The notes beneath the pieces are model-generated. The model ran no database searches and was not told the origin of the DNA. It worked only from the letters and a program-made list of their open reading frames with translations. From an uncultured Gammaproteobacteria bacterium (GTDB lineage Bacteria; Patescibacteriota; Microgenomatia; Levybacterales; UBA12049), in assembly GCA_964537895.1 (NCBI GenBank), contig CAZIDK010000004.1, positions 1 to 62,052 of the forward strand: a stretch of 62,052 nt of DNA, written 5' to 3'. A program made the translations under genes and the position numbers. Positions 27,390-35,556 of this stretch are shown one piece after another. Numbering within the stretch: the first letter of the stretch is position 1; every line of letters begins with the position of its first letter.

Positions 27390-28299
27390 GTTAAAAAAAT
27401 TCTACTTACCCTTATCTTTTGCGGTTATTGTTTTTATCTTCTTAGTTATACTTGCTTTAGATATTTATATTAAGAAAATAATTGATAAAGACAGAATCTT
27501 CCCTTCATCCTTGATAATTTCGGCCGAAGTTAAGTTTCCCGTACTCAAAACCGAATTTATTCCCTTTATTTCGGCAAAAGGTGCGGTAATTATGGATGCG
27601 GATTCAAAAACAGTTTTGTTCGCAAAAAATCCTCAACTTCGTTTTTCTCCCGCATCTACTACAAAAATCATGACAGCCTTAACAGCTCTTGAATATTTTA
27701 AGTCTACAGATATTTTAACCGTTAAAACGGCAAAAAGCGACGGAGTTGTTTTAGGTTTAAAGCAGGGTGAAAAAATGACGTTTGAAAATTTTTTATATGC
27801 ATTGCTTTTACCCTCGGCTAATGATGCCGCTCTTGCTATTTCGGAAAATTACCCGGGAGGAAAAGACGCTTTTGTTAATAAAATGAATGAAAATGCAAAA
27901 AAATTTAATCTTTTTAATACCCACTATCAAGATCCGGCCGGTCTTTTGGACTACGGAGGTTATACAACCCCCGTAGATTTGGCAAGACTTACTTCGGTTG
28001 CGATAAAAAATCCTGAATTTATCAAAGTTGTATCCACGAAAAGCAAAATAATAACAAGCGTAGACGGATACGATGTATACAGTCTAAATAACCTTAATAA
28101 GCTCTTGGGAATAGATGGTGTTTATGGCGTAAAAACGGGGTATACGGAAGAAGCCGGGCAAGTGCTGGTTACCTCAAAACTTGAAAACGGACACACGATT
28201 ATTTTAATTGTTATGTCAAGCAAGGATAGATTTTTGGATACGGAAAGATTATTAAATTTAGTTACCAATAACATTAGTTACTTATCCATACGTCCGTAA
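27364..28299 (+). CDS. D-alanyl-D-alanine carboxypeptidase (peptidase S11) with N-terminal TM
   Basis: SPASTTKIMT (SxxK), SANDAA (SxN), KTGYT (KTG). Confidence 0.85.
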   Translation: MKDFLILNKLKKFYLPLSFAVIVFIFLVILALDIYIKKIIDKDRIFPSSLIISAEVKFPVLKTEFIPFISAKGAVIMDADSKTVLFAKNPQLRFSPASTTKIMTALTALEYFKSTDILTVKTAKSDGVVLGLKQGEKMTFENFLYALLLPSANDAALAISENYPGGKDAFVNKMNENAKKFNLFNTHYQDPAGLLDYGGYTTPVDLARLTSVAIKNPEFIKVVSTKSKIITSVDGYDVYSLNNLNKLLGIDGVYGVKTGYTEEAGQVLVTSKLENGHTIILIVMSSKDRFLDTERLLNLVTNNISYLSIRP

Positions 28300-29320
28300 C
28301 AACAGGTACGTAGGCAAAAAACCCATCATCTCCTTCAAAAATTGCTATTGGAAAAAGATAATCCTGTTTTTTTTCTCCAACATAGTAAGCCAAAAATACA
28401 TTTTTAATAGAAATATCGGTATCTGATCCAAAATATGAGGCAACATATCCCCGGCCTTGTTTTAGCAGGCTGTAGGCTTCTTCTGCGGTTTTAATCGGAT
28501 AGGTGGCAGATTGGTTCGATACTGTTTGGTGGGAGAAGTTAACTTGAGCAACTTCCGGCTGATCTTTTCCTCCGACAACCAAAACATTCATTGTTGAGCT
28601 TACGGCTTTAGGATAATAAATTGGAAGCTTGTCAACGTCTTTTTGAAAAAAATCAACCTCAATTACCTGCGTGTTAGAAATGCTTGTGGCCGTTGTAAGG
28701 GTATTGTTATTTATAGAAAAAAGAAGAGCTTTTGTTTTTGTCGTGTCAATGTCATTCGGAAAAGAAGACATTGCCGAAAGAAAACTTTGCGCAGTGTTAA
28801 TTGCCGTACTTTCGTTGGGAAGGTTTATTGCCGAGGCAACATCAGGATCCGAGACGAATGTGGAAGAAAGGGCAAAATCGGTTGAGAAAATATCCATAGT
28901 CAGAGATCTATTTAACGGATCATCGCTGTTCCATTGGTAAATTTTTGCGGAAATTGTAAGTTCGGGATTGGTAAATCCGACCGAACTCACGTTGTTTATT
29001 GCTTTTTTTAGCGCTAAAAGATCAGGAGGATTAATAGTCATTTTATAAACTTTTATTCTATCGGGAAATGTAGGAAGAGCGCCGCTTATTGTGTTTAAAG
29101 AATAATTAAAATTTTTACCGCTTACATTGCTTGGAAAAGTAATCATAGGAAGTTTTCCGAAAGAAACGGTTGGCGGGGCGGGCGGAGTCGGAAAAAAGGT
29201 TTGTTTTAAAGCGATGCCGATCTTAAACACTGCGAATATGACAACAAGTATCAAAAAAATTACGCCGCCCCATTTAAGAATTACTCTTGTTTCGGAGGCG
29301 GCTTGATTTAGTGTTGGCAT
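28274..29320 (-). CDS. hypothetical membrane-anchored extracytoplasmic protein
   Basis: ATG at 29320 (MPTLNQAASE...) followed by a TM helix. The longer ORF start at 29416 runs through intergenic repeats. Confidence 0.7.
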   Translation of the reverse strand: MPTLNQAASETRVILKWGGVIFLILVVIFAVFKIGIALKQTFFPTPPAPPTVSFGKLPMITFPSNVSGKNFNYSLNTISGALPTFPDRIKVYKMTINPPDLLALKKAINNVSSVGFTNPELTISAKIYQWNSDDPLNRSLTMDIFSTDFALSSTFVSDPDVASAINLPNESTAINTAQSFLSAMSSFPNDIDTTKTKALLFSINNNTLTTATSISNTQVIEVDFFQKDVDKLPIYYPKAVSSTMNVLVVGGKDQPEVAQVNFSHQTVSNQSATYPIKTAEEAYSLLKQGRGYVASYFGSDTDISIKNVFLAYYVGEKKQDYLFPIAIFEGDDGFFAYVPVVTDVWISN

Positions 29321-29358
29321 ATATTGAGTATAAGAGAATTTTAAGCTACAATGCAAGT

Positions 29359-29437
29359 AAGGTACCAGGCGGTACCTTACGCAGGGACGTACCGAATGGT
29401 ACTGTTCCAAGATCACGCAGGGACGTACCGAATGGTA
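29359..29437. promoter_or_regulatory. three GTACC-type palindromes including a 23-nt direct repeat in the divergent region upstream of gltX
   Basis: AAGGTACCAGGCGGTACCTT (29359-29378). ACGCAGGGACGTACCGAATGGTA occurs at 29379-29401 and 29415-29437, each containing GTACC-GAAT-GGTA(C/T). Confidence 0.45.
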
Positions 29438-29455
29438 TACTCCAAGTGTTCAAAA

Positions 29456-30730
29456 ATGAAAGAACAAAATTCAAAAATTAGAGTACGTTTTGCTCCAAGC
29501 CCTACGGGAATTCCCCATATCGGCAATACAAGAACAGCTCTTTTTAATTATCTTTTTGCCAAACATAATAAAGGAGAATTTACTTTAAGAATCGAAGATA
29601 CGGATCAAAAGAGAATTGTAAAGGGAGCGGAAGAAGCGATTTTTGAAATTTTTGAATGGCTTGGGATAAAACATGATGGGGAAATACTCCGCCAATCAAA
29701 AAGACTCGAGGTTTATAAAAAATATGCAGAAGAACTTCTTACCAAAAAAATTGCTCATAAGAAAGACAATGCTGTTTGGGTAAAAGTTCCCGAAGATAAA
29801 AAATTTGAGTGGACTGACGCAGTAGGCCAAAAGAGAATTTCATTTGCAGGCAAAGATGTCGATGAATTCGTAATTCTAAAATCTGATGGATACCCCACGT
29901 ATCATCTCGCTAACGTGGTTGATGATTATTTAATGAAAATAACCCACGTTATAAGAGGGGAGGAATGGATTTCGTCAACTCCAAAACATTTATATTTATA
30001 TGAAAGTTTTGGCTGGCAAGTTCCTAAATTTGCGCATCTTCCTGTAATTTTAGGACCGGATAAAACAAAACTTTCCAAAAGGCACGGCGCAAAATCTGTT
30101 TTGGATTATCGAAATGAAGGTTATCTTCAAGAATCACTTCTTAATTTCATGGCGTTTCTTGGATGGAACCCCGGCGGAGATAAAGAACAGTTTAGTCTCG
30201 AAGAGATGGTTCAATTATTTAGTCTTGAAGACGTAAACACAGCAAATCCGATTTTCGATATTAAAAAACTCGAATGGCTAAACGGAGTTTGGATAAGAAG
30301 TATTGCAGAACAAGATATAAAAGATAAAAAAGAAAATATAAAAAATAGGCTATTAGAATTTTATAAAGCCGATAAAGACGTTCAAGAAGTTCTTAAGAGT
30401 TCAAATTCACAAATTTTTATCAAAGCTGCATCAAGCAGAATGAGAACTCTTGCGGATTTTAAAGAATTAATTTCAGACAAAAGTTCTTGCGCAAAAACAA
30501 AAGAAGAGAAGGAAATATCGGAAAAGCTTTTGAATTACTTATCAAAAACCCTAGAAAACAATTGGGAAGATGAAAAGCTTCTTTCATCAATAAAACAATT
30601 CAGCAATTTAAACAATATTCCCTTTAAGGTTATTTATTTTCTTTTAACCGGAAAAGAGCACGGGATTGGACTTTTGGAACTTAATCAAATCTACGGAAAA
30701 GAATTTTTCGTCAAAAACCTCAAGAGCTAA
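29456..30730 (+). CDS. gltX: glutamate--tRNA ligase
   Basis: RVRFAPSPTGIPHIGNTRTAL (HIGH-type motif) and KLSKRHG (KMSKS-type motif). Confidence 0.92.
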   Translation: MKEQNSKIRVRFAPSPTGIPHIGNTRTALFNYLFAKHNKGEFTLRIEDTDQKRIVKGAEEAIFEIFEWLGIKHDGEILRQSKRLEVYKKYAEELLTKKIAHKKDNAVWVKVPEDKKFEWTDAVGQKRISFAGKDVDEFVILKSDGYPTYHLANVVDDYLMKITHVIRGEEWISSTPKHLYLYESFGWQVPKFAHLPVILGPDKTKLSKRHGAKSVLDYRNEGYLQESLLNFMAFLGWNPGGDKEQFSLEEMVQLFSLEDVNTANPIFDIKKLEWLNGVWIRSIAEQDIKDKKENIKNRLLEFYKADKDVQEVLKSSNSQIFIKAASSRMRTLADFKELISDKSSCAKTKEEKEISEKLLNYLSKTLENNWEDEKLLSSIKQFSNLNNIPFKVIYFLLTGKEHGIGLLELNQIYGKEFFVKNLKS

Positions 30731-31328
30731 CTTTTTCAACCTTTCTACCTTGACTTCTGTTAACAAAAACCGCTAGCAAAGATAATGCACTAATTAGAAT
30801 TGGAAACCAGACTTGAGCAAACCAAGGTTCGGGAATAAGAAACAATACATCCATTGTGGTTAGTCTTTCGGGCCAGCGTACCGTCCAATAAAGATGAACG
30901 TAATAAAGAATGTCCCAGACTGCAAATGTCCAAAGGAAAATGGCAACCCTTTCTTTAAGTTTTTTAGCCGAAATTACCGCTACAGACAAAAGCATAATCA
31001 TTGTTGCTATTTCCCGCACAAACTCAACGGTTAAGAGACTCATCGGGAGGGATTTTTGCAAAAGCGTTTGATCATATACGCCTACAGATTGCTGCTGGAC
31101 TTGGGTAAGGGTTTCCATGTATCCTGGTAAAAGTCCGGTTGAGGCCCTCAAATATATCACGGCAGCACTTTCCACGTACCCAAAAGCAATTCCAAATACC
31201 GCCGTTAGAATAAGTATATTAAGAGTTATGCTTAGCTTATTTTTCCGCCAGTAAATAAAAAGCGCAATTGGAACCAAGAGCAGAAGATTTACCCACCATG
31301 GACTGGCAAAAAGCACAAAATTATTCAT
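30720..31328 (-). CDS. hypothetical polytopic membrane protein
   Basis: 202 aa with 5-6 hydrophobic helices. No recognisable motif. Confidence 0.65.
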   Translation of the reverse strand: MNNFVLFASPWWVNLLLLVPIALFIYWRKNKLSITLNILILTAVFGIAFGYVESAAVIYLRASTGLLPGYMETLTQVQQQSVGVYDQTLLQKSLPMSLLTVEFVREIATMIMLLSVAVISAKKLKERVAIFLWTFAVWDILYYVHLYWTVRWPERLTTMDVLFLIPEPWFAQVWFPILISALSLLAVFVNRSQGRKVEKVSS

Positions 31329-31342
31329 AAACTTTTCAAAGC

Positions 31343-31413
31343 TGCCGGATCTGGATTCGAACCAAAATAAACGGATTCAGAGTCCGTTGTCCTACCATTA
31401 GACGATCCGGCAA
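31343..31413 (-). tRNA. tRNA-Gln (anticodon CUG)
   Basis: Manual fold of the reverse complement: acceptor TGCCGGA/TCCGGCA, D arm GTCT..GGAC, anticodon stem ACGGA/TCCGT with loop CTCTGAA, T arm TTTGG-TTCGAAT-CCAGA. CCA is not encoded. Confidence 0.9.
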
Positions 31414-31496
31414 TGTAATTGAATTATACCAAACCGAGTTTAATTTCGCTTGCAACCCAAATTTGTTGAAAAACCTCTAGGAAAGAAATATTATAT

Positions 31497-31540
31497 CCAA
31501 GACGGGTACCCCATACTGACCGTGGTCTCTATTTAGCTTG
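31497..31540 (+). repeat. module-boundary repeat family, copy A (right arm only)
   Basis: CCAAGACGGGTACCCCATACTGACCGTGGTCTCTATTTAGCTTG closely matches 34564-34571 plus 34612-34645 of copy C. Confidence 0.75.
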
Positions 31541-31611
31541 AATTGGCTTGCTAAAACCTTCATCTTTTAGCAAGGGTCTCGAACCGCCTTAAAGTGGTAT
31601 AATTTGGATGA

Positions 31612-32346
31612 ATGTTTTTCCATACACACGTCTATTATTCAAAAAGAGTAGATAAAAATTTAGATCCTCTAAGGGTTGTTGGAAGTTTTCTTCCAGACCT
31701 TGCGTTAACAGGCATAATTACATGGGACGACTTACATAAAAAGAAAAACATATTGGAATTTTTTGAGTATGTTAAAAAGAGTAATCCAGAATACGATTCG
31801 CTTCTTAGAGGAATAAATTATCACAATACTTTGGATTATTATACCCATGTGGAATATAAAGGTTCGGTTCCCGGATATGCATATGCGAGTATTCCGGATT
31901 ATATGCTTCTCCTAATAGAAAAAGCACTTGGCGTAACTCCCGAAAGAGCAAAAGCTTCTTCGCATAACTGTATAGAAAGCGGGGTGGAGTATTATATTTT
32001 ACGGGACGATCCGGATTTAGTGGAGCTTGTAAAAAGTTCCATAGAGCAAATAGATAAAGAGAGGTTGGCGAAACTTCTTGCCGACTTTTATAAAAAGGAC
32101 GAAAAAGTAATGCTTGAAGCATTAAATAACTTATTTTCTTTTGCAACGGATTACGACCTCGAAGCTTTGGATGGTTGGCTCAAGCTTTGGGCGGAATTAA
32201 ACAGGTTTTATCTAAAGAAAGAAGCGGATCCAAAATTAACAAGAGTAGCTTTGGAATTATCCCTCAAAATAACAAAAGATACATATAAGGAATTTATAGA
32301 ATCTTCAATTGGTTCTCAAGACACAGAAATAAAAGACGCAAACTAA
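31612..32346 (+). CDS. hypothetical protein, possible metal-dependent hydrolase (Zn-dependent phospholipase C-like His pattern)
   Basis: MFFHTHVYY, LPDL, and YHNTLDYYTH His/Asp clusters. A TATAAT box lies 8 nt upstream of the ATG. The fold call is weak. Confidence 0.7.
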   Translation: MFFHTHVYYSKRVDKNLDPLRVVGSFLPDLALTGIITWDDLHKKKNILEFFEYVKKSNPEYDSLLRGINYHNTLDYYTHVEYKGSVPGYAYASIPDYMLLLIEKALGVTPERAKASSHNCIESGVEYYILRDDPDLVELVKSSIEQIDKERLAKLLADFYKKDEKVMLEALNNLFSFATDYDLEALDGWLKLWAELNRFYLKKEADPKLTRVALELSLKITKDTYKEFIESSIGSQDTEIKDAN

Positions 32347-32348
32347 GT

Positions 32349-33179
32349 ATGAAAAGTCCTGAGCATCAGAAAAGAAATGTTTCCGAATACGTAGAAATGG
32401 AGGCAGAAGACGAGAAGGTTAAGCGCGCTGAAAAAGTGTCTTCTGAGAAAATTTATGATGTTACTCATGACGTCTGGGATGTTGAAACCGATAAAGACCG
32501 GTATTGGGTTATAACAGAGCCAACAAATCTATACTCTCATTCAGATTTTCCCAGCATGGATTATGCATTATCATTTCATATTGGCTTAATGAACCGAATG
32601 AGCGCAAGTCAACACACAAATGCAACCGATGAGGATATCTATCGAACCCCGAAAACCTGGAGACAATGGGAGCAAGCTCATGAAGCATTAGAGGTAGCAG
32701 AGGAGGCAGAGGACTTTCAAGCAGTTGGCGCTAGATGTCGAGAGGTACTCATAACTCTTGTTGAAGAGCTGGAGACTAGCAAGCTTATTAAAGGCAAAGC
32801 TCCTAATATTAAAAGCGCAGATGTTAAAGGCCAGCTCACAGTGACATATGACATACTTGCGCCTGGAAAAGGAATGAGAAAAATAAGGGCACATCTTAAA
32901 ACCAATGCTGATTCTACTTGGGAGCTTGTTTCTTGGTTAACGCACCATAAAAATGCAGTGCGAGATGATGCAAAATATGTTATGAATGCAACTGAACAAC
33001 TAATGCTAAATACCTTGAGTATCGTAGTGCGAAACGAGAAGCCAAAACCCAAAAGATGCCCAAACTGCAAATCATATCGCGTAGTTTCAGATTTTCGTTC
33101 AGAATTGATGTCTAAAGTTAAACATCCCTACGTTGAGCTTTGTGAAGCTTGTGGATGGGAGGGAGATGAACCAAAATAG
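32349..33179 (+). CDS. hypothetical protein with C-terminal CxxC...CxxC zinc ribbon
   Basis: Coupled to the upstream gene by a 2-nt gap. Acidic N-terminus, helical middle (FQAVGARCREVLITLVEEL), and CPNCKS...CEACGW at the end. Confidence 0.7.
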   Translation: MKSPEHQKRNVSEYVEMEAEDEKVKRAEKVSSEKIYDVTHDVWDVETDKDRYWVITEPTNLYSHSDFPSMDYALSFHIGLMNRMSASQHTNATDEDIYRTPKTWRQWEQAHEALEVAEEAEDFQAVGARCREVLITLVEELETSKLIKGKAPNIKSADVKGQLTVTYDILAPGKGMRKIRAHLKTNADSTWELVSWLTHHKNAVRDDAKYVMNATEQLMLNTLSIVVRNEKPKPKRCPNCKSYRVVSDFRSELMSKVKHPYVELCEACGWEGDEPK

Positions 33180-33198
33180 TTAAACCAAGAGCTTGCAA

Positions 33199-33275
33199 CT
33201 ATACGACGAAACGGTTCTAGACCGGTATGCTCAGCAAAGTTACCTTGAGACCGCGTGAATATTTCGTTTAGCTTG
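33199..33275 (+). repeat. module-boundary repeat family, copy B (shortened)
   Basis: CTATACGACGAAACGGTTCTAGACCGGTATGCTCAGCAAAG...TTTAGCTTG aligns with both ends of copy C. Confidence 0.75.
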
Positions 33276-33299
33276 ATACAGTGGGCTAAAAGTAGTTTG

Positions 33300-34331
33300 T
33301 TACTCTAAAAGCAAGTTCTTGATTCGAGCTCTAAGCGCAGAATTAGGAATATCCGTAAAGACTGTTATTCTATCTCCAACATTGACAGGTAGAATAAGGC
33401 CATCTTTTCTTTCTGTAAAATCACATGCATAAACCACTTCTTTTTTGGAGCGGAGATCCTCATTCGGTTGCAAGTTGCCGAGGAAGTCTCCTCTTTCTAA
33501 AAGCGGTTCTTTGTCGACTGCTACAACCTGCCAATTTTCGTCAAGTACTGCAATGCCTATGGTGTAAATGTCGTCTTTAATACTGCCATCAATTCCCCTT
33601 CCTCCTCGAACTCCATGGATAAGTAGTAGTTTAAGACCATCTTCAAGTTCGATGGGTCTGGCTACAATCCCCATTTTTTTACTAAGCCACTCAATATTTC
33701 TGAAATTTGAAAAATCAATTGTTTTCAACAACCCTCCTTGGGAGTCAAGATGATCTAATTGATAAGAAGCCCCATCCGGTCTATAAATAAACCCATCTTC
33801 AAAAGGAACAACATTTTTGCCTATTATGTTTTCAAAAATCTTTGGGGTCCCTACAACTTTTAAATTACCATCTTCGATTCCAACCTTGATAAGTGCCGGG
33901 TGTGGATTGTATTTATCGCCTTCACGAATAACAACGGTGAAGCCTAATGTCCCATCTGCCCCAACTCGAGCGTCTTCCCAGTTGACTATCATATCATCGA
34001 CAGGGAGCTCAAGATCTTTTAATCTTTGGCGATTACCACTCGGATCAGTAACGCATACATGAAGAGAATTCCTATCGGGTTCTCCTTCTCTAACATTTCT
34101 CATATCAACTGCTCGGGATAGGAAAATTGTGCCTGAGAGTTCAGGTGCAGAAATAAATGTTGTATTGTAAATTGCCCAATCTGGAGAGATTGGCTGTGGT
34201 TTATTAAACTCCTGAAGCGCACCGAAAACTTCCCAATCTTTTGGTGAAGGTCGCTTTTCTGTTCTCGAGCTTAACTCGGATCCCCTGACGTTTGAAGCAT
34301 CATTAGTAAAAAGTGGTGCTTCTTGTATCAT
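33300..34331 (-). CDS. hypothetical protein, possibly beta-propeller (glycoside-hydrolase-like) fold
   Basis: 343-aa soluble protein with repeated beta-strand-rich segments and no definite catalytic motif. A TTGACT/TATAAT promoter lies upstream on the minus strand. Confidence 0.7.
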   Translation of the reverse strand: MIQEAPLFTNDASNVRGSELSSRTEKRPSPKDWEVFGALQEFNKPQPISPDWAIYNTTFISAPELSGTIFLSRAVDMRNVREGEPDRNSLHVCVTDPSGNRQRLKDLELPVDDMIVNWEDARVGADGTLGFTVVIREGDKYNPHPALIKVGIEDGNLKVVGTPKIFENIIGKNVVPFEDGFIYRPDGASYQLDHLDSQGGLLKTIDFSNFRNIEWLSKKMGIVARPIELEDGLKLLLIHGVRGGRGIDGSIKDDIYTIGIAVLDENWQVVAVDKEPLLERGDFLGNLQPNEDLRSKKEVVYACDFTERKDGLILPVNVGDRITVFTDIPNSALRARIKNLLLE

Positions 34332-34525
34332 ATATGTATGATAAGTATATTATACACATCTTTTCGTGACAAAAGTCAAGTTTTCTATAGGCTTGAAATT
34401 AAAAAGGCAGTAAAGCAGTGCCAGCACTAAATAGCTTAAAAAGAAGCGTACCATCCATGAAAAGGGTTCTAATGTAGTTTAGTTCCCGCAGCAAATACGG
34501 ACTATAACCCTAAATCTCGGATTCA

Positions 34526-34645
34526 GCTATAACGACTAAATGGGTCTAGACCGGCATGCTCAGCCAAGACGCCTGCCCGGAACGTCAGACGTTCCCCGCC
34601 TCTGGAGGGTGCACCCCATACCGACCGTGGTCTCTATTTAGCTTG
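34526..34645 (+). repeat. module-boundary repeat family, copy C (complete 120-nt element with inverted arms)
   Basis: The left arm TCTAGACCGGCATG can pair with the right arm CATACCGACCGTGGTCTCTA. There is an internal hairpin GGAACG-TCAGA-CGTTCC. The left arm recurs at 33215, 36836 and 41879, and the right arm at 31512. Confidence 0.75.
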
Positions 34646-34746
34646 TTAAGCCTTTCCAAACCCCTCAAATTTTATGTAAAATCCCGATTTAGTATCTTAC
34701 CTTGATATTATTGACATTGGGTCGCAATCACAATAAAATTTTCAGC

Positions 34747-34878
34747 ATGCCAAGATTACTTGAAGAGACGCCAAGAACAGAAATTCCCATATTATTTCTA
34801 TCCGGCAGTCCAATGTCAACGGCGGGTCTTTCTTTTGCTCTTGTCATAATGGTCTATCTGCTTGGTTTTTCTCTGTGA
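34747..34878 (+). CDS. possible small hydrophobic peptide (43 aa), absent from the ORF track
   Basis: MPRLLEETPRTEIPILFLSGSPMSTAGLSFALVIMVYLLGFSL. A TTGACA-17-TAAAAT promoter ends 7 nt before the ATG. There is no homology evidence. Confidence 0.3.
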   Translation: MPRLLEETPRTEIPILFLSGSPMSTAGLSFALVIMVYLLGFSL

Positions 34879-34995
34879 AGTTGTCCTGTCATGCAGTGAG
34901 ATGCGCCGTAACCCCGTGTGCTTTCGGATAGCCCATTCGACGAGCTAATTTATTCTCTTCAACATTTATGCTTTCAATAAGACTATAATGTATTT

Positions 34996-35370
34996 ATGGA
35001 CGGAATTTCTTCAGGGTTAATCCTCTTAACATACAAGGGCAAAGTGCTTCTTATGCATAAAAAAAATAGCGTAATCGATGAAGAAAATCACCCATGGTGT
35101 TTTATCGGCGCAGATAGAGAAGCTAAAGAATCTTTTGAACACGCAATGACAAGGCGCGTGGAAAAAGAAATGGGTATAAAAATTGAAAATATTGAGTTTG
35201 TGTCGGAATCTTGCTATCACGCGAGATTAACAGACGATAATGTAAACAAAATACAGCGGGCCGAAAACCAACTGCTCGATTTTTTTACTGTTAAAGAAGT
35301 AAGAAAACTTTTTCTTTCAAGCGCAACAGCCAGGTTTATATCAAATCACAGCCAGCTTATAACCCTATAG
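34996..35370 (+). CDS. NUDIX-like protein with degenerate Nudix box
   Basis: GADREAKESFEHAMTRRVEKEMGI approximates Gx5Ex7REUxEExGU with one extra residue. A TATAAT box lies 6 nt upstream of the ATG. Confidence 0.5.
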   Translation: MDGISSGLILLTYKGKVLLMHKKNSVIDEENHPWCFIGADREAKESFEHAMTRRVEKEMGIKIENIEFVSESCYHARLTDDNVNKIQRAENQLLDFFTVKEVRKLFLSSATARFISNHSQLITL

Positions 35371-35556
35371 TCTTGTTGACTTATTACTAAATAGCTGGTA
35401 TAATATGTAAAGTAAAGGCAGATTGAAATAATACATCTGCTTAATTTCAATATTTTAGATTAGTAAAAGATAAGTAACTACACAAAGTTTTTAGAAATAG
35501 TATCTTCCCCTAATCCACATTTTATTTAAGCAGCTTTATTGTTTCAATTTCATTTT

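Noticed and set aside
29351-29455. N-terminal extension of gltX (ORF track start 29351)
   Set aside because: The extension is the translation of the tandem 23-nt repeats (GTYRMV twice) and a palindrome. The conserved GltX N-terminus starts right after the ATG at 29456.
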